Positions 45,590 through 59,476 of a DNA stretch of 64,000 bases are shown in pieces. Position 1 is the first letter of the stretch. The number at the start of each line of letters is the position of its first letter. The notes beneath the pieces are model-generated. The model was not told the origin of the DNA and made no database searches. It saw only the letters and a list, made by a program, of their open reading frames with translations. The stretch comes from the human T2T-CHM13v2.0 reference genome, Homo sapiens, in NCBI RefSeq assembly GCF_009914755.1, contig NC_060926.1. One strand, given 5' to 3'. Both the position numbers and the translations under genes were made by a program.

Positions 45590-45995
45590 CATATGTGTAT
45601 TCCTGTGGGATTTGCTTTTTTTAATTTGACATTTTGTTTTTGGGATTCTTACAGACTACAGTTCTTTCAATGTCTCTGCTAAAGAGTATTCTATTGCATG
45701 AATGTATCACTATTTATCCACCTGTTGCTGTTGATAAATATTTGTGTCATTTTTTCCCCTGTTACAATGTAGATTATGACTCCAAGCATTCCTGTGCAAG
45801 TTTCTTTAGAATATATCTAGGAGTAAACTTTGAGTCATGGTCTATGCACATATTTAACCTACAAGATAATTCCAGATTGTTAAAAGTGATGTGCCAGTTC
45901 ACACTTCTACCAAAAGTGGGTGAGAGTTGTGCCCTGCTAGGCCCAATTTTTGTCTTGTTAGACCTTTTAATGTCTGCCAATGTTTTAGTCAAAAA
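45590..45995 (-). mobile_element. L1ME-type fragment
   Basis: tattctattgcatgaatgtatcactatttatcc...gaatatatctaggagtaaa. Confidence 0.55.
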
Positions 45996-46887
45996 TAGGA
46001 ATTCTGGATTCTTTCATGAGCTCTGTTAAATACTAGCTGTGTGGCTGTTGTTAAATCATAACACTCTAAGGCACCTGACAGCCCTAGATTCTACAGTCTC
46101 AAGCTCTTCTCTCAAACTATTCAGATAGATCATGTTAGAAAACAAATCAAATTCACAATTTACTGTGCTCCAACTCTGAAGACATTTATTTGATTTAACT
46201 TGGTTCAAGGTGTTCACTGGTCAAAGAACCAAGCAGTTGAGGTGTCAGTTTCTGAGTAAGGAACCTAAGCAGTATGACTGTTTTTGCAGAAGGACAGTTG
46301 TGTAGGAATGGATTTACAGTGTGCCTAAGGCAGCAAGCTGATTGCAGCTGAGTTTTTCATGTTAAAGTAGACAGATCTTATAATATAAAGTCACTTGACA
46401 TAGCACATTCCACTATGAGCCTCTTACTATTTAACATATTTTCTATTAGAGGGTTGTGAATTTGGGGGAACTCAGGGCAGTCGGATGGAGTTGAACATTT
46501 GAGAGCTTTTCTTTATCAAATGTTGGTTTTAAAAAAGCTTTTTTTGAGTTCTTCAAAAGCAATTTTCTCCTCAGATCATTATTATTTCAGAGGCTTAATT
46601 TAATAACTCTTTTTTTAAAAATGAAAGCTTATGCTGTTCAAACACACAAAAATAGCTGTTCTAAAAGCAACATTTGGCCTGATTTTTTACTTCAAAAAGA
46701 AACAACAATTTCATTTCTATCTATTCGCAACAATTTTATTTTCATCCCTTATTAGAGTCAAATAGAATTTGGATTCAAAGGTTTCTGTATGAGTAGTAAC
46801 TATATGCGTGAACATCAAGAACTCGGTGTAAAAGTTGCTAAAAGAAGTCTACTACTCTCTTAAACCAAGTTCTGTTCAGTGATAGAC

Positions 46888-47262
46888 CAGAGTTGGTACA
46901 TTTTTTCCTTTTTTCTTTTTTTGAAGCAGGGTCTTGCTGTGTTGCCCAGGCTGGAGTGCTGTGACATGATCATGGCTCACTGCAGCCTCAATCTGCTGGG
47001 CTCTAGTGACACTCCCACCTCAGCCTTCCAAAGTGCATGAGGCATAGCACCCAGTCACTTTTTCTTTTAAGGGACAGGCATTAAATATTTGAAGCTTTGT
47101 GGGTCCTACAGTCTCTGTTGCATTCACTTAACCCTGCTGTTGTAGCATGAAAGGAAAGCAGCCACAGGCAACATATAAACAAATGAGCATGGCTGTGTTC
47201 CAATAAAACTTAACAAAAACAAGTGATAGACTGCATTTAGCTGGCAGGTTGCAGTTTGCTAG
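46888..47262 (+). mobile_element. MER58A hAT fossil interrupted near its 5' end by an Alu monomer
   Basis: cagagttggtaca, then ttttcttttaagggacag...aatgagcatggctgtgttccaataaaactt...gcagtttgc. Confidence 0.8.
46901..47056 (-). mobile_element. Alu monomer (FRAM or arm-collapsed AluJ)
   Basis: T-rich tail, cagggtcttgctgtgttgcccaggctgg...cctcagccttccaaagtgc...cacccagtc. About 135-bp body. Confidence 0.8.
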
Positions 47263-47989
47263 TCAAATTTAGACCAATAAGTAAGTTACATCAAGTAGTA
47301 AACATAATGTCCAAAACATTTGTTATCATACTCTTGCTTCTCTTGCCTAAAGACTCTGATGTTCCTCTAATATGCAACAATGCCTGCCATCCCTCCTTGT
47401 TATCATTTATTCAGAGGACAATCACACTGGGCTTTTTGTTGAGCTATTGGTACTGAATTTAAAAAGGTTAATGCATTCTTTCTAAGGACATGGTGGATTT
47501 CATGGGACTGTTCATGGGAAGTTTTGATTGATTGAGTCTGTTTATTTATTGATTGTAATAGTTCTTCCGGCAGGTGGGAGGAAGGGCTGCTGAGCTAGGC
47601 TGGGCTGGTTAAGTCTACGGATTTGGCAGGTGTTTAAAGCTTTTAAACCCAGGGCCCACAGGGAGTGGGTGAGTCTTTCATTCTGCACCTGTGGCCTGCT
47701 GGCACTCAGCATTCCTCCCACTGCCTATCATGTGCCAGCTCCAGGAGGAGGCAATGTGCACATGTTGTGACACACCACAAGCTGTTCTTCCCTGACCTCT
47801 TATGAAATCAGCTGAGCACAGCATGGTACATGGGGTGTGAACCTGAACCAAAAAATCCTGTGTATAGCTAATAACCATGAAAAATGATGCTGGACTTGGC
47901 ATGGGCATTACACACCAGCCAGTGGCTGTATTCAGGAGGACCATGATGCACATGCCTGGAATGTGGTCGGGGAGGAGGGCGATATTCCC

Positions 47990-48450
47990 TTTTTTCCTCT
48001 CAAGCCCATCATTTTCTCCCCATCTCCACACCATTACTGCAGTGCAAGTTACCATCCTATCTCTTGGACTTCCACAATTTGTTCCTGATGGGATTCCTTA
48101 AATCGTCTCACCTCACTCTAATCTGTCCTCCAGAATGACTTAAAAGGTCAGTTTTAAATGAATGCAAAGATGGTCAAGCCACAGCATGATTTCACTTCCT
48201 TTAAGGCTTCACATTTCTCTGAAAAGAAAGCCAATATTATTGTCATGACTTTATGTCAAGTCTATGCATAGCCAGGACTCGTTCACCTCTGCAAGCTCAG
48301 CTGAACCCACTCTCCCCCATGCTGTGTTCCACTCACACTTGCATTGTTTATATTCTTGAACTGCTCTCCATGCTGCCTCTCACTTGGAAGTCTTGCCTGT
48401 TTTCCACATGCTTGTCATTTGTTCTGGAACTCTCTTCCTTTCCATCCTCA
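47990..48450 (+). mobile_element. L2 fragment
   Basis: caagttaccatcctatctcttggact, aatctgtcctccaga, gttctggaactctcttcc. Confidence 0.55.
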
Positions 48451-48549
48451 GTGGACCCCTGACAGTTAGGTGCCTCTACTCACAAGCTTGTGGATTCTCC
48501 ATCACTGGAGGTGTTAAAACATTGACCGAATCATTAGAAGGATGTGGGA

Positions 48550-48854
48550 GCCAGGCATGGTGGTTCATGCCTGTAATCCCAGCACTTTCGGAGGCCAAGG
48601 AGGGTGGATGGCTTGAGCTCAAGACCAGCCTGGGCAACATGATGAGACTCTGTCTCTACAAAAAATACAAAAATTAGCTGGGCATGGTCGTACACATCTG
48701 TAGTCCCAGCTACTCGGGAGGCTGAGGTGAGAGGATCACTTAAGGCTTGGGAGGTCAAGGCTACAGTAAGCTGTGTTTGCACGACAGCACTCCAGCCTGG
48801 GTGACAGAGTGAGACCCTGTCTCAAAAAAAAAAAAAAAAAAAGAACAAAGAAAA
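48550..48854 (+). mobile_element. AluJ inserted in an L3/MIR3-like remnant
   Basis: gcttgagctc, gggaggtcaaggctacagtaag diagnostics. TSD aaggatgtggga / aaggttgtggga. Flank ccatcactggaggtgtt is CR1/MIR3-like. Confidence 0.9.
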
Positions 48855-49653
48855 AAGGTTGTGGGAGAGATGTATCTATTATCAGATTGATAAGTGAGAT
48901 AAGTGAATTTTAAGGCCCCTTAAGAAAGCTGTGATTTTTTTTCTATGACTCGTCAATTTAACCTTGTCTCTAAAGTATATAGATACAGTAATACAGATAT
49001 AGTAATTCTCATCACATCTATATTGGGTAAAGGAATATATAGACACATGATATAAAAAGAACTATTGATCTTCTCTTTATAATTTTGATTTCTTAAATGG
49101 ATAAAAGGCAGTACAATATGCTATAATCTGTTCTATGACAAGCCATATTTTTTGGGGTCTCAACTTGTTCTAACAATTACTGCAAGTCTGACATGTTGCT
49201 TATTAAATTTAATCATTATTGTTTTTGGCAGTGGTCTACAAACATAAAGAAGAAATTCAGTGATTTTAATCACAGGATACATACACCTAGTCTTTTGAAA
49301 TACCAATTAAAGTGTCCTTAAAACAATAGTGTTGCCAGTGGCAATAATTTCCAAAATTTGGCAAATTTGGATATTTCCCTGATAAATTGAATTGAAAAAA
49401 ATTCTACTTTCATGTAATATAGAGAGAAAATTAAGTCAAAGGTATACACGTAGATGTTGGTTATGATTTGCCCTGTATGTGGCATAATTCCCTTATCCTA
49501 GAAACAAATATGTTACCCAAGCTTCTCCATCCCTAAATATGGGGTTCAAGTTACCTTTCAGCAATTCCTTAAGTTCTCTGTAGGCTTTTATGAAAGCCTA
49601 GTGATTTCAGCCAACATAATTTCCTGGGCTTCCACTTATGCAAAAGATAAATG

Positions 49654-49956
49654 GGTCAGGTGCAGTGGCTCACGCCTGTAATCCCAGCACTTTGGGAGGC
49701 CAAGGCAGATGGATCAACCTGAGGTCAGAAGTTCAAGACCAACCTGGCTAACATGGTTAAACCCCATCTATACTAAAAATACAAAATTAGCTGGGCGTGG
49801 TTGTGCATGGCTCTAATCCCAGCTACTCAGGAGGCTGAGGCAAGAGACTCTCTTGAACCCAGGAGGCGGAAGTTGCAGTGAGCTGAGATCACACCTTTGT
49901 ACTCCAGCCCCTAGGTGACAAGAGTGAAACTCTGTCTCAAAAAAAAAAAAAAAAAA
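49654..49956 (+). mobile_element. AluSx/Sq-like
   Basis: Alu dimer with long poly(A). TSD aaaagataaatg at 49642 and 49957. Confidence 0.93.
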
Positions 49957-51126
49957 AAAAGATAAATGATTAATTTTCACCAAGAAGAACTCCCTGTATA
50001 GAAATTGATATCACTTATTTATTGTTATGATAACTAGCAGTCTATTCAATTGGAAAAACAAGCTAATAATAAATAAAGGAAATATCTTAAACATGCTTAG
50101 GCTACTTTATAAGGTTTCATGACCCCTTAATTTTATGTGATAATAATAGATTTGTAAAATTCAAAAACTGACATTACTTTAAAAAATATGCAATTATACC
50201 AATCCTCAAAGGTAACAAAATTACAAGAGGAAAAGTGAGACATGAAGGTATGGTGAAGAATAGTAATGCTTCCTTTATTCATACATTTAACAACTGTTTT
50301 TTTTTAATCACCAACATGTCATTTTACCAATGCAAAAACTCTAGTCTCAAGAACCTGAGATAATTTCTTGCATCATAGTATTTAACTGAAAACCTTCCAT
50401 GGATTTTGACTGTACCATGGGGCAGAATAAAAAGAACCATGGAGTCTTACTGCCAGCAGGCCTAATTTCAACTCACAGCTTTTACATTTCTTGCTGTTGC
50501 CCTCCAAAAACTCAGTTAACTCCTGTAAGACTCATTTTTCCCTTCTATAGAATGAGGACACTCATGCCAAACTCACAGAGTGATTTATAGATTAGCGGAG
50601 CTAATGCATGAAAAGTTTCTTTGTAAATTATAAAGTACAACGAATTCAACAAGTTACAACCTCAAAAGAAGCAAAAATGCTAACGTATTTTTTTTTAGAT
50701 ATTATCAAGACTGAAAAAGTCAAAATATTGATCTAAGAATGGTTAGTTGATAATACAAAGAGTAGATAACTCAAGTTTTGCTAAGGTCTATAAAATCTTT
50801 CTCCAACATCATGAGATGAATCTCTAATCTGATCAACTCTTAATATCCACATTGTTTGAACAACCATTAAATATTATTGTGACTTTTAAATTGCAAATTC
50901 TGTTATGCTATACATCTTTTCTATTGAAATAGAAAGAATAAGGAAAAAAATTATATCGTTATAACTCCTAACCTCTTTGCCCCATGAGTAAGTTTGTGTA
51001 CAGAATAGCAAATGTTAGGTAGGATTATTTACCTTTCTTTCCATAATTAGAAGACTAGTCCCACACAAGTCCATTGAAATCTGATGTTTATTGCTGTTCT
51101 GTAATTTATTTGTTTGCAGTTGAATT

Positions 51127-51159
51127 CACTTGATCTTAGCCAAAAGTCTAAGAAGCCAT
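51127..51159 (-). pseudogene. 3'-truncated (tailless) U2 snRNA retropseudogene
   Basis: Reverse complement atggcttcttagacttttggctaagatcaagtg versus U2 5' end atcgcttctcggccttttggctaagatcaagtg (29/33). Flanked by tttgcagttga on both sides. Confidence 0.88.
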
Positions 51160-51629
51160 GTTTTGCAGTTGACTTAATGCATAATATTTAGAGTTCTTTT
51201 AAAAACTCAACAGTAAAGTTTTAAAAAGTGTATTCTTTAACAGTCTAATTTGAAGAGTGAAGAAAGATACAGGAAAAATACAAAATAAGTTCAATGTTAA
51301 TGGCATTAAGCTTCCATTGGTAAATGAAGAAAGCCATATGACTTTCTAAAATTGTTCTTCTAAATCTCTTTAACATAAAGGAAGAGGCTTAGTGACTACA
51401 TGTGTTGGAGAGGAAGGCAAGCTTGTTTGTTACAAATTAGAAACTAGACTTTTTTTTTCCCCATGATTGTCATTGACTGTCATAGTCTCTGGTATACATT
51501 TAATACTTAATAAATATTTTTCAATTAATTACTAAGTTCAAATCCCACCTACTTTCAGAAGCCTTCCCTGATAAATCCAGCTGGAACTAATACTTGAATT
51601 CTCTTGCATTTTTAAAAGTACATGTCTTA

Positions 51630-52478
51630 TTAATTCATTACATAAATATTTAGAGAGTACCAGATATGTTCACAGCACTACATAAGACACTGAAGATACA
51701 GCAGAGAAAAAAAGAGACAAAAATCACAGTCTACGGATATTTCATTCTAGTGGAGAGAGACAACCAATAAACTATAAAATATGCTAGTGAGTTATATTGC
51801 TGTGAAAAATATTAAGCAAAAATAGGAGGATAGAAAGATCTGATGATCCAAGGACAGCTTACACCTTAAACGGGTCAGGGAAAGCCTCTCTGAGAAAATA
51901 TTTGGAGAAAATGAGAAAATATTCCCAGCAGGGAAAATAACAAGTGCAAATGTCCTGTGGCAGGAGGGTTTCTTGCTTGTCTAAAAAATAGAAGCCAAGT
52001 CAGGAAGGCTGGGCAATAAGCAGAGGAGAGAGAAGCTGAGGTAGGAGAAGTAATAAAGACACAGATCAAGTCGGGTCTGCTGGACTGCTGTAACAACTTT
52101 GGCTTTTACTGAGTGAGATGGAAAGAATGGCAAATTTTGGGCAGAAGAGTAACACAATCTCACTTTTTGCAAGTGAGATTTTTTTTTTTTTTTTTTTTTT
52201 TTAGCAGATCACTGTGGAGGCTCTGTCATTTGTTGGTTGAAGACAAGTCACACATGGAAGGGGAAAGACCGGTTAGAGGGCTGTTGTAACAATTCCAGTA
52301 AGAGATGATGGTGCCTCAGTGAAAGTGATGAAAAGTGGGGTAATTCTGGACCTATTTTCAAGGTAGAACCGGTAGGGTTTTTAAAATAACGTGAATGTGG
52401 GATATAAGTAAAAGAAAGGAGTCAAGAATGTCTCCAAGGTTTCGGGCATAAGCAACTTTAGTTTCCATTAAATTAGGT
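51630..52478 (-). mobile_element. L2a LINE fragment
   Basis: attcattacataaatattt..., ggtcagggaaagcctctctgagaa, caagtgcaaatgtcctgtggcagga, aggagtcaagaatgtctccaaggttt. Confidence 0.85.
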
Positions 52479-52499
52479 AGTAGATATTATTTTACGGTT

Positions 52500-54445
52500 A
52501 ATAGTTTACATATTATTTTCTGCATGATTGTCCATGCAGAAAGTCCAAAGAAATATATAGATAAATTAGTATAATTAATACATAATGTTAATGTAGTGCC
52601 AAATGCAAGTTAATCTATAAAAAGCAATTGTATTTATACACACCAAAAACAAAAATAAAACTTTCAAAATACTATAATAATTGCATAATTTGTTAGGATT
52701 AAATCTAAATTAAATGATCTAAACAGCCAGGGTTAAATCCGTATAAAATAGCTTAGATATAATTGCATTAACTCTAACAGTTTCATGGTCTTTATATAAA
52801 TATTTTAGACATTATTACAGGTAATTAAAGATGACCTCAATCAATGAAGAGTTATGTCAAATTTTGAGAATTCTCTCCCAAATCTATCTATGAAATTAAT
52901 GAACCCCCTACAAATCTAAGCAGAATTATTTAATGAAAATGAGTAAATGGATTCTAAAATGTATATGGAAAACAAAGAACCGAGAACAGCAAAGATAATA
53001 TTGAAGAAGAGAATAAAAAATCAGGACTTAAAAATAGATAAGCAGATAAAGATATAATAATTAAACAAATATACTATTAGTGTGAGAATAGACAAAGACC
53101 CAAAGGAACAGAATAGAGAGGATGAAAACTAACCCAAGCGTGCGTGAATACTTGGTTTATGACAAAATAGTTCAGCAGAGCAATGAAGAAAGAAAGTATT
53201 TTCAATAATATCATTTGGGTATTCAAATGAAAAAATAAAATTTAACCATTGTTTCGTAACACTAGTTTGAAACTAATGTTTCAAACATTAGTTCTATTTA
53301 AACTCTAACTGAGAAAGGTAAAAACAATGCAGACTTTAAAAAGTTACTTAGGATAATATGTGTCTGTTGTTGGGATAAAAAAATGCAAATATAATAATCA
53401 TCAAGGGAAGGACTGACATTTTGTCAATATATTAAAATTAAGAACCTGTCTTTATCAAAAGATACCACTAAGAAGGTGAAAAAGTAAGTCAAAGAGGGGG
53501 AGAGAATATTTGTAGCATATGTAATCTAAAAAAGGACTGTTCTTCAGAATTCCTTCAAATCAGTAAGAAGGTAGATAACCCAATAGAAAAATGGGCGAGA
53601 AACTTGACTATTGTTAGAAGCTTATTCAAAAGGTCAACAAATATATGAAAAAAATCCCCCAACTTCTTTAATCATCAAGGAAACACAAATTTAAATCTCC
53701 AGGAATTATAACTACATGACCACCAGAATGATGAAAAAAATGAAACAAACTCACCTTGCCAGGCATTGGTGAAGAGATGGAGCATGGGAACGCCCATGAA
53801 CGGCTGGAGAGAGTGTAATTTGTACACTTACTTGAGAAGATCATTTGTCATTGTCTACTCACAATGTTGAATGTGCTTATCCACGAACCCGCACTTTTCC
53901 ATTTAGGTATATCTTCTACAGAAATGCTTGCACGTGTCCTCTGACGACCTGTACAAGAATATCAGAGCAAGATTATTTGTGTAGTATCCCCAAGCTGAAG
54001 ACAATTCAAATGTCCACCAATGAAGGAGTGACTAAAGATTTTTGTGTGTTTATAAAGTAGAATCTTTTTCAGCAATGAAAATAAATGAACTATGTATGTA
54101 CAAAAACGATGATTTTCATAGCTATGCTGGTACAAAAACGGATGATTTTCATAGCTATACTGGTGAACAATAGCCAAGCACACAATCACATACACTGTAT
54201 GACTTGATTTATATAAAGTTCCCAGAGAGAAAAAAATAATCTATAGCATTAGAAATAAGACACTATTACCTCTGAAGAGAGAAGGAATTACTTAGAGGAG
54301 ACACAGAAGAGGCTTCTGGGGTCTGATAATGTACTGTTTCTGATGGAATCTACTTTGTATGTTCACTATGTGATAAGTCTTCAAGCTGCATATTTACAAG
54401 GTGTACTCTTTTTAATATTCAGGTAATTTAATATTCAAGTAAAAA
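52500..54445 (+). mobile_element. L1ME-type ORF2 3' half
   Basis: Degenerate ORF2 and 3'UTR motifs (ggattctaaaatgtatatggaaa, gaacagaatagagag, aacccaatagaaaaatgggc). Confidence 0.75.
54098..54162 (+). repeat. 32/33-bp tandem duplication
   Basis: gtacaaaaacgatgattttcatagctatgctg followed by gtacaaaaacggatgattttcatagctatactg. Confidence 0.93.
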
Positions 54446-55043
54446 GATAAATCTATCAGTATCTGAATCCTAGATTTTGGTATTTTGTATAATGGGTGTC
54501 TAATTGTGTACTAAGTAGATGGAATGAAATTGATTGTCCTTGGATGTTCAGTCAAGTGAGGGCACATTCTCTGACATTTGTGCTTGAAGGTTAAATTTGA
54601 ATTGAGATCTGCATCATAAGCTCAGAAACACTGAGTGTATGCAGGTTTTCAATGTTTTTCTATTATTTATGCCATTTCACTCCTTTTCTATTTCTTTTAA
54701 TCAATAATTTTATGAAATGATTGACACAAAGACCTAGAAAATCTTCCTGTAAACTGAATTGATGATTCTTTCCTAGCTGTAATAGAGGACATCATTCTTC
54801 TTTTATAATGCTAAATGCCAGCTGAAGACAGGAATATTTATACTCAGGAACACAGCAGTCGGTGCTGTTACAGGTTCAGATTATTCCTCTCATCTCTTAA
54901 AGGTTATGGTCTGAACACAGGGCTCTTTTTCAAGGCATACATCTTGAACTGTCTGAAACAATTGCTAAACCAAATAATCATTTGCCAACAAATGCTCTGA
55001 AGCCAAAAAAAAAAAAAAACTGGTTTTGTTTAGACAATTATAA

Positions 55044-55409
<366 letters not shown>

Positions 55410-55761
55410 TGAATTTTTCAGGGGACAATTATCCTGTAGAGTATTTGATTCCAGATGGAGTATATCATCTAGATTGAACTGTTTCTTCTGTTACAATGCA
55501 TTTTGTTTTCAAATGATAATATCCAAGATAAGTATCACACAGCCTATGAACTACTAAAACATACTCACTGGTTAACCTCTGAGATATCAGAACTGCATTT
55601 CCTGCAATACCTTATAATATTATCTCTGCAAGTCTTCAAATTTTTCAAAAAAGTAATGTACTTGATATTGTCTTCATATGTGGTAATTTGGAAGTATTTG
55701 CGGTTGTGAACAAGTACCAGGCATGGGTAAAAGAGGCAACAGCTATTCAGTGTGATTTTAA

Positions 55762-56086
<325 letters not shown>

Positions 56087-56611
56087 AAAAATATTAACCC
56101 AAACTATTAACAAGTTGTTTTTACTTTAAAACAGCATATACAAGGAAGGTCACTATTAAAATATGTTCTCATTTTAGAAGGTAACATATTTGTTTATTTT
56201 CCTTATAATACAAATCCAGTTTATAGATTAGAATAAATAAAGTAGGCCAAGGTGAGGCCCCTGTTGTCCCCTCCTGTGTTGGGTCTTCACCTTTCCAGTC
56301 TCCCATGGGTTCTTGGGAACCCACCTGCAAGCACTGCAATGTATTGCTGTCCACAGTGGTGTAGGGCAAGGGGAGGGGAGAGCTTTACTTATCTTCTGCT
56401 TGTTTGCACTTGCTGGGATCTCGACAAGTGATGAGGGTAATAACATATAAATATGAGACATCAAAATACAGAGAATGAGTTTGAGTAATGACAAGATTCC
56501 ATGGTTTTAACTCAGATGACTGGCATTGTGCAATTCAGCACATTGGACTAGAATGTTTTGCCAGTGTCTCAGTCAGTACTTGTTTACTCTCATCCTGAAT
56601 TAATTATTATA

Positions 56612-56850
56612 AGAGTAGCTGACATTGATTGGGTGTTTTCTATATGCCAAGCATGCTGCTAAGCTCTTTTTCCTTGCCCTTTTTATTTCCTTAAAAAAAA
56701 CTCTGGGATTATCACCCCCATTTCACAGATTAAGAAATTGAGGACCCAAACAGTTAAAGACCTTTAAAAAGTTTCTACAGCCAGTCATTGGTGGAGCAGG
56801 GATTTCAAGCTAGCTCTGCCTCACCAAAGCCTCAGTCCCTAAACACTATT
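56612..56850 (-). mobile_element. MIR
   Basis: attatcacccccatttcacagattaagaaattgagg...gagcagggatttcaagc. Confidence 0.75.
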
Positions 56851-58069
56851 TACTTCTGTCCCTCCTGTTCCTTTCTCAGCACTTCTTTGCCTCCACCAGA
56901 CCCAACCCCTTGAATGCAGGTGCTGTGCTTCCTTTTTCTTTACATATCTAGCGCCTGACTCAGTGGCTGAAGCAGCTCATGCTCAGAAAGTGACGAGATG
57001 GAATCTTGTAGAGAGCCTGCAGCTGTCTGTCTTGTGAAAAACTGCTTGGTTGTGGTTCATCAATCGTGTTCTGTGGTTACTGCGGCTACCCTAACTAGGA
57101 AACACTTTGTGAAACATCCCAGTGGTGCAGATTTTGTGTAATGGCTCACAAGCACCAACCAAACACTTCCCCATTTCCCATTCTGCACCAAGGGGTGGTA
57201 TGGAGGCTCTAGAGGGAATAGGGATCCAGTCTCCTTCCTCCTTATGCCTTTCCGGTGAGGGCAGTGGGGGAAGAAACATGGAGCAGGTGGAGTGGATGGT
57301 AACACCCTGAGAACTGTTTGACCCTTGATTTTTAGGCTTGGAAAAGGTCATTTCATAGGACAGTACATGCAGCTGAATTCAGGGCACCTAAGAACACTTG
57401 GATTGGCAGGGCTGAGGAGCAGTTATCTAAACAGCTTGTAGTTATTTAAGTCCCAAGTGATCTGGTTACAGACCATTGATGGCTTTTCCACTTCCATGCC
57501 TCCTCAAGCTGTGGCTCTCAGAAAAGAGAAATCAGGAGTAATTATATGTTAGAAATACCTGGCCTCACTGTGGGGTGAGATGGAACCTGTGCACTGCACC
57601 TTGACCATTTAACCTCCTTTTTCTCTTGGTTGAATGAAGTCATGCTCCCTGGAAGAGTCTTTCAAGCCATTCCCTTTTATCCCCTTACCTTTCTATCCTC
57701 AACCTAACAATCCTCTTTTCAGTCTCCGTCCTCTTTGAACTGTGCCTCTCACTACCTCAAAAAGGAATATTTACTTCACACTCAACCTTTCAGAATTACT
57801 CTTGGGCAAATAGAAGTTTAGAGACTCTCCATAGGCACAGCGAATACAGGGATATTAATGAGATGTGGTAGAGAAATCCACTGGAATACACAATGGAGAT
57901 GTTTTAACCTGTGTGATTTAATTCTGTCTTTGAACTTTTTTCATGAAACAATCCTTTATATACAGAATTCAACTGATACTCAACTCCAATAAATATAATG
58001 GTGATTTGTTACCAAGTATGACTGGGTGGGCTTATGATCATAGGTGAGATTAAATTTAAAAAATATGTA

Positions 58070-58408
58070 ATAAACGAGATCATATCCGTTGCAGGAACAT
58101 GGATGGAGCTGGAGGCCATTATCCTTAGCCAACTAACACAGGAACAGAAAACCAAATGCCACATGTTCTCACTTATAAGTAAGTGGGGCCTAAATGATGA
58201 GAACACATGGACACACAGAGGGGAAAAACACACACTGGGGCCTATGGGAGGTTGGAGGGTGGGAGGAGGCAGAAGATCAGGAAAAATGACGAATGAGTAC
58301 TAGACTTAACACCTGGGTGACAAAATAATCTGTACAACAAACCCCCACGACACAAGTTTACTTACGTAACAAAACTGCACATGTACCCCTGAACTTAAAA
58401 CTCAAAAG
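58070..58408 (+). mobile_element. L1PA15/16-like 3' end
   Basis: AGTWMELEAIILSQLTQEQKTK, then ctgggtgacaaaataatctgtacaacaaacccc...cctgaacttaaaa. Confidence 0.88.
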
Positions 58409-58418
58409 AATATACTGC

Positions 58419-58484
58419 ATATATATATATATACACACACATTCATATATACATGTATACACACACACACACACACACACACAC
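58419..58484. repeat. (TA)n/(CA)n microsatellite
   Basis: Direct observation. Confidence 0.9.
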
Positions 58485-58779
58485 TTCCCCTGTTTCTCAG
58501 AGTAAGAAAGGATGTTAGCACACTCAAACCCATGGAAGGCTGGGTCTAAATTTAACTCCTGGGGTAACTCAAGCCCCAAGACCCAAGAAAACCTTGAAAA
58601 AATGTGACAGTAGGAAAGAAGCTTCCTAATTTGGATGATATTTTATATAGAAGCCATGACTGAAATAAGGTTTGGAGGCCTCTCCTCCTTCTTCTTAAAC
58701 TCAATTTGATCCATGGATTTTTGTTTTGTTTTGTTTTCCATGTTGTTATCTTAACCACTCCCCTGCAAGTGAGTGTATG

Positions 58780-59160
58780 CCTTTCTTAGGTTCCTCAGAA
58801 AGCAGGGTCTCTGATGGCAACAGGCATGCAGAAAGTTGACAGAAGGCTGTGCTCAGCAGCAGCACCTGGGAGGAGGCAGCGGCAGTTGCACTGGGCAGTT
58901 GAACTGTGACGCAGTTGCATAAAGGCTTCAAGCTGAACCCTCAAGGAGCGTTGGAATGAGATAGCCCTTCAAAGTGATGCTGAAATGATGCAAGCTGCCC
59001 CCAATGAGGGGCATAAGCTTGAGCAAGGAAGCTTTCTTTCAGTTTTGGGGAGAGATTCAAGCTGTGAGCCCTCAGAGGGCAGCACCCCCACCTGTCAGGA
59101 AAATGAGCTCCCCAGACTTTTGAGAGGAAATCTGGATAGGGCCCCTTGACATCCACCACA
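58780..59160 (-). mobile_element. LTR16-type ERVL LTR
   Basis: ttaggttcctcagaaagcag, gttgaactgtgacgcagttgca, gagatagcccttcaaagtg, cagctgtgagcc-like motif, ending catccaccaca. Confidence 0.6.
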
Positions 59161-59291
59161 GTCCCTCCTGTGCTGCTGGGATCCTCTTGCTTTGATAATC
59201 TCACTCCATCTGATCCCACAGTAGAAAAAGAAGTTCAGGGGGCAAAATAGAGTGCGTCTAACAGTCAATGTTCTTACGGCCACAACTGGTA
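59122..59291 (+). repeat. 170-bp dispersed direct repeat, copy 1
   Basis: 168/170 identical to 61067-61236. Confidence 0.97.
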
Positions 59292-59442
59292 CTCAACATT
59301 ACTGCTCATTTTAGATTTATTTGCCACTTCTTAGGCAGCACCTCCTCTGCCCAGGTGGCTTATCTGGTGGAGTGTCCCAGAGTGTCATCTATGAAGGGCC
59401 TGTGTCCTTGATCCCCAGGCCCCTCTCAGGCTATAGCTATTG

Positions 59443-59476
59443 CTATATCTATCTATCTATCTATCTATATATATAT
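59443..59476. repeat. (TATC)n/(TA)n microsatellite
   Basis: Direct observation. Confidence 0.85.

Noticed and set aside
52156-52202. Bacterial rho-independent terminator or contamination
   Set aside because: It is embedded in continuous mammalian L2 sequence and the stem is AT-rich.
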